From NCBI GenBank assembly GCA_045631485.1, contig JAZQUU010000028.1, positions 241 through 64,240 on the forward strand: a stretch of DNA of 64,000 nt. The letters are read 5' to 3'. Position numbers and translations under genes: made by a program. This stretch comes from Clostridia bacterium (lineage in GTDB: Bacteria > Bacillota > Clostridia > UMGS1840). This document shows, piece after piece, positions 57,442 to 64,000 of the stretch. Every line of letters starts with the position of its first letter. Positions within the stretch are counted from its first letter, which is position 1. The notes beneath the pieces were generated by a model, which was not told where the DNA came from, did no database searches, and worked only from the letters and a program-made list of their open reading frames with translations.

Positions 57442-58797
57442 ATGAAAAGAGAGTTAATTAAAACAGTAGTCTTAACTTGCCTGGTGTTATCATCCCTGGT
57501 TTTGTCTGCTCATATTTGGTATGAAAAAGAATTATGGTCTGCGGACTATAGTTCTTTTGTGCATTCATTGGAGAATTTTTTCTCGGGAGGAGAAAACAAA
57601 AATTCTGCAAATTCCGATGAAGTTTTATATTGGAGCGAGTTCACTCCCGAATTTATTTCCGTGACCTACGGTTCTCAGAAAAATATTGTATATCAGGCGT
57701 CTCCTGACTTTCCCAAGATTAACGGTATGGTGGAGGGGATTGTGTCTTCCTTGGAAAAAGACGGCACTCTTTCTACCGTAACGGCGGAGGAATATTTAAA
57801 CGCATACAAAACCAACAGTATGATGCTAAAATTCCAAAACCGTGTGAATCTTGCGGGATTTTTAAAGCAGGAGGACGCTTTTTTTGATGCTGATGTGACT
57901 CCCGTTTCCGACACGTTGGTGATCGGCATCGGCTCTTCTCAGACCAATTATCTGACCTTTATGGATTTGTCCTCGGGCCGTGCTTATCAGTTGCCCGTGA
58001 AATTGTCGGTGGATACCAAAGCGGTGGAAGAATATGTGCTTTCTTCGGGGCAGACGGATTCTTATGCCTTTGAGCTGAATTTTGATACCAAAACAGAGGA
58101 TACCCAGCGTATTTTATTTGAACGCTTTGTTCCCATTGTGTTGGAGCCTGTTTTTATGCAGGGATTGCAGGTGGAATATGTGCCTTATTCCTCTTCTTAT
58201 GACGGGGTGTTCAAGGCATTTCGTATTGTGAAAAATTCTGCCCGTACCTATCGGGATAAAACGGGAGATATCAACTTTATCGAAAACCGTTCCACCTTAA
58301 AAATCAACGAGCAGGGAACCTTCCATTTTGAGGTGACCGACCGTGAGGCGGGAATTGCCTTGAGTGATCGTTCCGAAAAGATTGCAGTTGCCGAATTTGT
58401 GAATCTTTTGTATGGCAGTATGGTGCCTGAAAGTGACGGCTATCTCGGCTTGTCCAATACATATTCCGAGAGCGGAAAAACCGTGTATGAATTTTGGTAT
58501 CAGACCAAAAACGGTTCCTTGTATCAGAAAGAGCCTGCGGTACGGGTGGTTTGCGAAAACGGAACTATCGTAAAGTATGACCAAACGGTTCTCTCCCTAA
58601 AGGTTACCAATGCTTCCGAAACGGTGTCCGGCGTGATTGAAGCGTATGATTATTTGTATAAACAACCTGATTTTTCGCAAAAGAGCAAACTGAAGATTCA
58701 AAGTATGTTCCCCTGCCATATTTTAGAGGATGGGCAGATTGGAGCAGGTTGGTTCTGCCGTTTTTCGGATGAATCTGTCACATTTTATAAACCGTAG
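57442..58797 (+). CDS. yycH: YycH-like two-component system regulatory protein
   Basis: N-terminal anchor KTVVLTCLVLSSLVLSAHIWY followed by a large extracellular domain; paired with a yycI-like gene. Confidence 0.7.
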   Translation: MKRELIKTVVLTCLVLSSLVLSAHIWYEKELWSADYSSFVHSLENFFSGGENKNSANSDEVLYWSEFTPEFISVTYGSQKNIVYQASPDFPKINGMVEGIVSSLEKDGTLSTVTAEEYLNAYKTNSMMLKFQNRVNLAGFLKQEDAFFDADVTPVSDTLVIGIGSSQTNYLTFMDLSSGRAYQLPVKLSVDTKAVEEYVLSSGQTDSYAFELNFDTKTEDTQRILFERFVPIVLEPVFMQGLQVEYVPYSSSYDGVFKAFRIVKNSARTYRDKTGDINFIENRSTLKINEQGTFHFEVTDREAGIALSDRSEKIAVAEFVNLLYGSMVPESDGYLGLSNTYSESGKTVYEFWYQTKNGSLYQKEPAVRVVCENGTIVKYDQTVLSLKVTNASETVSGVIEAYDYLYKQPDFSQKSKLKIQSMFPCHILEDGQIGAGWFCRFSDESVTFYKP

Positions 58798-58834
58798 CAA
58801 GAGATTGTAAATTTTTTTGAAAGGAGGAGAGGAA

Positions 58835-59698
58835 ATGCTTTGGAGCCGTGCAAAAACCATATTGATTGTGGTGTTTTTACTCATCAATCTGTTTCTTTTA
58901 AACTACCTGTTTGCAGGCAATTTTTCCGATAACAGCCGTGCACTCACAGACTTAACGGCAACCCTTTCTCAAAACGGCATCAATCTGCGGGCGGAAAATA
59001 TGCCCCAGAATATGAAAAAGCTTCATGTGCCGGAGCTCTCTCCCCTGGTGATAGACGAATCCCTGGCAAAGAAGCTGATGGAACATCCCGTGGCAACGGA
59101 AACGGGATTTACCAACAAAGAGGAGACCTGCCGTTTGCAACAGCGTGACGGGTTGTTCTTTTATCGGAATGATTCTCCCTCGGAAAAAGGATTTTACAAT
59201 GTGAAGCAGAGTAATGCGGATGTGAAAATCCGTCCTTATTTAGAGAAGCTTGGTGTTGGAAATCTGACTTATGCAGTCAGCGTTTCTCAGATTGGCGAAG
59301 ACATTGTGGTGGAATACGCCTATCGGATTGGGAACTACAAACTGTTTGGCTCTCACTTTTCTGTGACGGTGACGAAAAACGGCATCAAGCAAATAAAAGG
59401 ATTTTTGGGAACAGTGGACGGAGACAACGGATTTTCCTATCAGCTTTCTCAGTTAAGAACGGTGCTTTTGAGTTTGGTGCAAAATCATTTGAGCGATGTG
59501 GAAATTACCCATATTGAATTGGGATATCATTTGATGAACTATCGGGATGTGTTGGTTTCTCAGGCAATTCCCGTGTATCGCTTGCGGACTTCCCGGGGAG
59601 AATATATCTTGGATGCCAGAGATGGCGTGGAATACACCGAGCGTGTGATTTCAGGGGATTTAGGAGAGAATTATGATGAAGAAGTTTTTACTGATTGA
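58835..59698 (+). CDS. yycI: YycI-like two-component system regulatory protein
   Basis: W.RAKTILIVVFLLINLFL N-terminus; IELGY and IPVYRL C-terminal motifs; ATG 58835. Confidence 0.78.
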   Translation: MLWSRAKTILIVVFLLINLFLLNYLFAGNFSDNSRALTDLTATLSQNGINLRAENMPQNMKKLHVPELSPLVIDESLAKKLMEHPVATETGFTNKEETCRLQQRDGLFFYRNDSPSEKGFYNVKQSNADVKIRPYLEKLGVGNLTYAVSVSQIGEDIVVEYAYRIGNYKLFGSHFSVTVTKNGIKQIKGFLGTVDGDNGFSYQLSQLRTVLLSLVQNHLSDVEITHIELGYHLMNYRDVLVSQAIPVYRLRTSRGEYILDARDGVEYTERVISGDLGENYDEEVFTD

Positions 59699-62159
59699 TG
59701 CCAACAGTATTTTAAACCGTGCATATTACGCCATCCGTCCGTTGACCAACAAAGACGGCTTAAATACCAACGGGATTTTTGGATTTTTAAATATTTTATT
59801 AAAGGAACTGGAAGAGGAAAAACCGGACCTCATCGCCTGTTGTTTTGACGTGTCTCGCGTGACCTTCAGAACCTCTATGTACGGAGATTATAAAGGCACC
59901 CGAAAAGAAACTCCACCCGAGTTAAAGGAACAGTTTGCACCTTTAAAAGAACTGCTTTCGGCAATGAATATTCCCGTTTTGGAAAAAGAAAATTACGAAG
60001 CGGACGATATTATCGGAACCTTATCCCGTGTTTGCTCGGAGCAACAAGTGGAGTGCCTCATTTTAACGGGGGATAAAGACGATTTGCAGTTGGTGGATGA
60101 GTATGTAAATGTGAAGCTCATCATCACCCGTATGGGCAAAACCGAGACCGCAAGGATGGATATTGCCGCCGTGGCAGAAAAATATGATGGCTTGGAACCT
60201 AAAGATTTAATCGAATTAAAAGCGATTATGGGGGACAAATCCGATAATATTCCCGGGGTTGCCGGCATTGGAGAAGTGGGCGGCTTAAAGCTCATTTCGG
60301 AATACAAAACCTTAGAGAATATCTATGAAAATATTGATTCTGTAAAAGAAAGCTTAAAAAAGAAACTCTTAGCCGATAAAGAAAATGCCTTTTTATCCCG
60401 TGATTTGGGCAGAATTTTCAGAGAAGTGCCTGTTGATACCGAGCTGGAGCATTACGAGGTGAAATCCTATAACTTCCCCGAATTGCAAAAAGTTTTGGAA
60501 AACTTAAACTTTTTGAGCTTTGTAAACCGTTTAATCGGGAACGAAAAAACCGAACCCGAGGAAGATATTTTGGTACTGGATGCGGATGAATTTTTCAAAA
60601 AAACAGTATCAGATACCGTATATTATCTGGCGGAGGAAGAGCATTTCTTCGTAAGTGATGGGGAAAATGTGTATCAAATTCCCCGTGATGATGAAAGATT
60701 CTCAGCGATTTTAAAGAGTGAAGCAATCAAAAAAGTTACCGCAGGGGTAAAAGCACAGCTTCATAGCGGTCTTTTGATTTCAGAGCCTTATTTTGATGTG
60801 CTTTTAACGGCTTATGTTTGCGACCCCCGTTTTAATGACGGAGATTTCTCCAAAATTTATCGCAACTTTACCGAGGTCCATTCGGATTCTTTGGTTTCCT
60901 TTGCTAAACATCTGCCCACCCTCTATGAAAAATTATCGGAAGAGGTAATGACAAAGGAATTGTTCTATGTGGATGATATGGAGCATCATTTGGTGGATGT
61001 TTTGTTTGGGATGGAACAAGAAGGCGTGAAGATTGACAAAGCGCATTTAAATGAGCTTTCTGCCTTTTTATCTCAAAAAACCGAAGAACTGGCACAGAAA
61101 ATTTACGAGCAGGCAGGAGAGACCTTTAATATTTTATCTCCCAAGCAACTTGGAACCATACTGTTTGAAAAGCTGGAGCTTCCTGCGGTGAAGAAAACCA
61201 AATCAGGCTATTCCACCAACGCAGAAGTGTTGGATAAATTAAGCGGTATGCATCCCATTATTGATTTGGTGAAAGAATACCGACAGGTGACCAAACTAAA
61301 TTCCACCTATGTGGAAGGATTCCGCTCTGCTATGGATGAGGCGGGAATTCTTCGCACCACCTATCAGCAGACCTTAACCCAGACGGGAAGACTTTCTTCC
61401 ACCGAGCCAAACTTACAGAATATTCCCATCCGTACCGAAGAAGGCAGGAAAATCCGTCAGGTGATTTTGCCGAAAAATGATTTGTTTATTTCTGCCGACT
61501 ATTCTCAGATTGAGCTTCGTGTGTTGGCACATATTTCGGGCGATGAGAACTTAATTGCCGCATTTATGGAGGGGGAAGATGTTCATACCTCCACCGCAAA
61601 ACGGCTCTTTGCCACCGAGGAAGTGACTGCCGAGCATCGCCGTGCCGCAAAAGCGGTAAATTTCGGCTTGATTTACGGAAAAGGTGCTTTTTCTCTGGCG
61701 AAAGATCTGGGTATCAGCCGTTATGAGGCTCAGGAATATATCAAGCGTTATCTGGGGCAGTATCCCAAAGTGGAAGCCTATATGGCAAAGGTGATTGAGG
61801 ATGCTACCCGAGACGGCTATACCAAAACCTTGTATCACAGAAGACGTTATTTTCCAGAGCTTTCGGGCAGTAATCACATGATGAGAGAAGCAGGCAAGCG
61901 TGCGGCGTTAAACAGTCCCATTCAGGGAACGGCAGCCGATATTATTAAGTTGGCGATGCTTCGGGTTTCGGAAGCGTTAAAGCCGTATAAAAGCAAATTG
62001 GCTCTTCAGATTCACGACGAATTGGTGATTGACTGCGTGAAAGAGGAAGAGGAAACTATCAAACAATTGCTCCGTGATTGTATGGAAAATGCGGTGAACT
62101 TAGCGGTTCCCTTAACCGTTTCCATTTCCTCGGGCAAAAATTTAGACGATTGTAAATAA
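59673..62159 (+). CDS. polA: DNA polymerase I
   Basis: 5'-3' exonuclease LLIDANS...EADDIIGT; polymerase motifs SADYSQIELR, AKAVNFGLIYG and QIHDEL. Confidence 0.97.
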   Translation: MMKKFLLIDANSILNRAYYAIRPLTNKDGLNTNGIFGFLNILLKELEEEKPDLIACCFDVSRVTFRTSMYGDYKGTRKETPPELKEQFAPLKELLSAMNIPVLEKENYEADDIIGTLSRVCSEQQVECLILTGDKDDLQLVDEYVNVKLIITRMGKTETARMDIAAVAEKYDGLEPKDLIELKAIMGDKSDNIPGVAGIGEVGGLKLISEYKTLENIYENIDSVKESLKKKLLADKENAFLSRDLGRIFREVPVDTELEHYEVKSYNFPELQKVLENLNFLSFVNRLIGNEKTEPEEDILVLDADEFFKKTVSDTVYYLAEEEHFFVSDGENVYQIPRDDERFSAILKSEAIKKVTAGVKAQLHSGLLISEPYFDVLLTAYVCDPRFNDGDFSKIYRNFTEVHSDSLVSFAKHLPTLYEKLSEEVMTKELFYVDDMEHHLVDVLFGMEQEGVKIDKAHLNELSAFLSQKTEELAQKIYEQAGETFNILSPKQLGTILFEKLELPAVKKTKSGYSTNAEVLDKLSGMHPIIDLVKEYRQVTKLNSTYVEGFRSAMDEAGILRTTYQQTLTQTGRLSSTEPNLQNIPIRTEEGRKIRQVILPKNDLFISADYSQIELRVLAHISGDENLIAAFMEGEDVHTSTAKRLFATEEVTAEHRRAAKAVNFGLIYGKGAFSLAKDLGISRYEAQEYIKRYLGQYPKVEAYMAKVIEDATRDGYTKTLYHRRRYFPELSGSNHMMREAGKRAALNSPIQGTAADIIKLAMLRVSEALKPYKSKLALQIHDELVIDCVKEEEETIKQLLRDCMENAVNLAVPLTVSISSGKNLDDCK

Positions 62160-62160
62160 T

Positions 62161-62191
62161 AAAAAACGGTATCATTAAGATACCGTTTTTT
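62161..62191. terminator. Bidirectional intrinsic terminator
   Basis: AAAAAACGGTATC-ATTAA-GATACCGTTTTTT. Confidence 0.88.
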
Positions 62192-62201
62192 TATGTAAAT
62201 T

Positions 62202-63497
62202 TTATCGTTTCTTTTTCGTCCAGAGGGCGTCTATTTTTTTGGCGTAATTTTGAATTTCGTTTTCAAATTTATTATCGCAAGGGAAATAATAACTTTTCTC
62301 CTTGATTTCGTCGGGCAAATACTGCTGGGGCACATAATGATTGGGGAAATTGTGGGGATACTGATATCCTTGGGCGTGTCCCAATTTTTGTGCGCCGGCA
62401 TAATGTCCGTCTTTTAAATGGGAGGGAATATCTCCCGTGTGGGAATGTTCCACATCGGATAACGCCGCATCAATACTTGTGATTGCGGAATTGGATTTGG
62501 GTGCCGTTGCCAGTAAAATCACCGCTTGGGCAAGCGGAATTCTTGCTTCGGGGAATCCCAACTGAAATGCCGCATCTACGCAGGATTTCACAATGGAAAC
62601 CGCCTGGGGATAGGCAAGACCGATATCTTCTGACGCCATCACCTGAATTCTTCTGCAAATGGAGATTAAGTCACCGCCTGCAATGAGCCTTGCCAGATAG
62701 TGCAACGCCGCGTCGGGGTCACTGCCGCGGATGGATTTTTGCAAAGCGGAAAGCACATCGTAGTGACTGTCACCGTCTCTGTCGTAACGGAAGGCCTTTT
62801 TGGAGGTGGCACGCTCCACATCTTCTATACTGACCGTGATGGTGCCGTCCTTATCCATTTTAGCAATCATGGAGCACATTTCCACGGTGTTTAACGCTTT
62901 TCTGCAATCACCGCCGGAGGTGGTGGCAATATGAGAGATGGCATCCTCCGAAAAAGTGATTGCCATATCTTCCTGAAGCATAGCTACCGCCCGTGTTACC
63001 GCATCTTTGATATCATCTTCCGAGAGTTCATGAAATTCAAACACGGTGCAACGGGATAAGAGAGCGTTATAAATATAAAAATAGGGATTTTCGGTGGTGG
63101 AGGCAATCAAGGTGATGTCGCCTTTTTCCACATATTCCAATAAGGACTGTTGCTGCTTCTTATTGAAATTTTGAATTTCGTCTAAGTAGAGCACCACGCC
63201 GTTTTGTGCTTCAAAACCGTCTAAGTCCGCAATAATGGCTTTGATATCGGCAACCGAGGCGTTGGTGGCGTTTAGCTTATACAACTTTTTATTGATGTTT
63301 TTGGCAATCAGATTGGCAACCGTGGTTTTTCCCGTGCCGGAGGGGCCGTAAAAAATCATATTGGGAAGATTCATTCCCCCTTGTTTGGAACGCTCCAACA
63401 CGGCAAAAACAGGCATCCCCTCGGAGAGGAGATGCCTTTGACCGACAACATCGGTGAGTGTTTGGGGTCGTAATCTGTCTGCTAACGGTTTATTCAT
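62202..63497 (-). CDS. rarA: Replication-associated recombination protein A (MgsA/RarA AAA+ ATPase)
   Basis: PLADRLRP start (ATG 63497), [14 protein letters not shown] and [13 protein letters not shown] motifs. Confidence 0.95.
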   Translation of the reverse strand: MNKPLADRLRPQTLTDVVGQRHLLSEGMPVFAVLERSKQGGMNLPNMIFYGPSGTGKTTVANLIAKNINKKLYKLNATNASVADIKAIIADLDGFEAQNGVVLYLDEIQNFNKKQQQSLLEYVEKGDITLIASTTENPYFYIYNALLSRCTVFEFHELSEDDIKDAVTRAVAMLQEDMAITFSEDAISHIATTSGGDCRKALNTVEMCSMIAKMDKDGTITVSIEDVERATSKKAFRYDRDGDSHYDVLSALQKSIRGSDPDAALHYLARLIAGGDLISICRRIQVMASEDIGLAYPQAVSIVKSCVDAAFQLGFPEARIPLAQAVILLATAPKSNSAITSIDAALSDVEHSHTGDIPSHLKDGHYAGAQKLGHAQGYQYPHNFPNHYVPQQYLPDEIKEKSYYFPCDNKFENEIQNYAKKIDALWTKKKR

Positions 63498-63999
63498 ACA
63501 ATTTGTATTTCGCAACCAACTGTGCAACGCCTTTTTGAACTGCCATTTTGTTGCCTTCAAAATCTTTTAAGGTTAAAGCAATCAAATGTGCGATTTCTTT
63601 CATATCTTCTACTCCCATACCTCTGGTGGTCACCGCTGCGGTGCCAACACGGATACCGCTGGTGATGAAGGGAGACTGGGGGTCGTTGGGGATTGCGTTT
63701 TTGTTTACGGTGATGCCCACTTCGTCTAAGTTGTGTTCTGCATCTTTACCGGTCACGTTTAAGCTTCTTAAGTCCAGTAACATTAAGTGGTTATCGGTAC
63801 CACCGGACACTAAGTTGATGCCTTCTTCTAAGAATGCTTCTGCCATCGCTTTTGCATTTTCGACGATTTTTTTCTGATATTCTTTGAATTCGTGAGTCAA
63901 AGCTTCGCCGAATGCAACCGCTTTGCCTGCGATAACGTGCATCAAAGGACCGCCCTGCAAGCCGGGGAATACTGCTTTATCAATTGCTTTTGCGTATTC
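63490..63999 (-). CDS. glyA: Serine hydroxymethyltransferase (3' part; 5' end outside the window)
   Basis: [32 protein letters not shown] and SGIRVGT motifs. Confidence 0.95.
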   Translation of the reverse strand, partial: EYAKAIDKAVFPGLQGGPLMHVIAGKAVAFGEALTHEFKEYQKKIVENAKAMAEAFLEEGINLVSGGTDNHLMLLDLRSLNVTGKDAEHNLDEVGITVNKNAIPNDPQSPFITSGIRVGTAAVTTRGMGVEDMKEIAHLIALTLKDFEGNKMAVQKGVAQLVAKYKLYE

Positions 64000-64000
64000 T

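Noticed and set aside
1538-63877. Numerous 60-170 aa ORFs antisense to or overlapping the called genes, and 5' extensions of listed ORFs (e.g. 13950, 21676, 28534, 41998, 63560)
   Set aside because: They are shadow frames of well-supported genes, without RBS or motifs; starts were moved to RBS-supported codons.

Overview
64 kb from a low-GC Gram-positive bacterium, most likely an anaerobic Clostridia-type organism (inferred from SLH proteins, a T-box, yycH/yycI and sigma-A promoters). Positions 1-31.5 kb are a glycan-utilisation region. It begins with a >17 kb co-oriented surface operon: two tandem pairs of [repeat beta-sandwich protein + clan GH-A-like secreted hydrolase], two SLH proteins and a sugar ABC transporter. 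An AraC regulator follows, then intracellular GH78, SGNH esterase, TIM-barrel isomerase, GH20, GH106-like and GH28-like genes, rhaA and sdaA. The region ends in a broken HUH/RAYT transposase fused to the isolated 3' half of a tRNA-Lys gene, which looks like the att end of an integrated island. The rest is mostly core genome: an internally deleted MATE gene, an XRE regulator with twin operators, upp/uraA, a PHP-M20-Nif3-HpcH cluster, four tRNAs, a tandem AbrB protein, nahK-ROK-nagB-nagA, a T-box-controlled ileS interrupted by one in-frame TAA, uppP, a modular alkaline phosphatase, a 4-repeat CBM-like protein, an orphan yycH-yycI operon with a triple WalR-type box, polA, rarA and partial glyA. 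The most unusual signals are: (i) two adjacent hairpin-array elements with the same architecture but different repeated motifs (40261-40662); (ii) an unnamed C-terminal ~90-aa domain ending in [FY]VW...[PA]L shared by four unrelated secreted proteins; (iii) the paired surface-protein/SLH operon inside the putative tRNA-Lys island. All family assignments are by motif recognition only; no searches were run.
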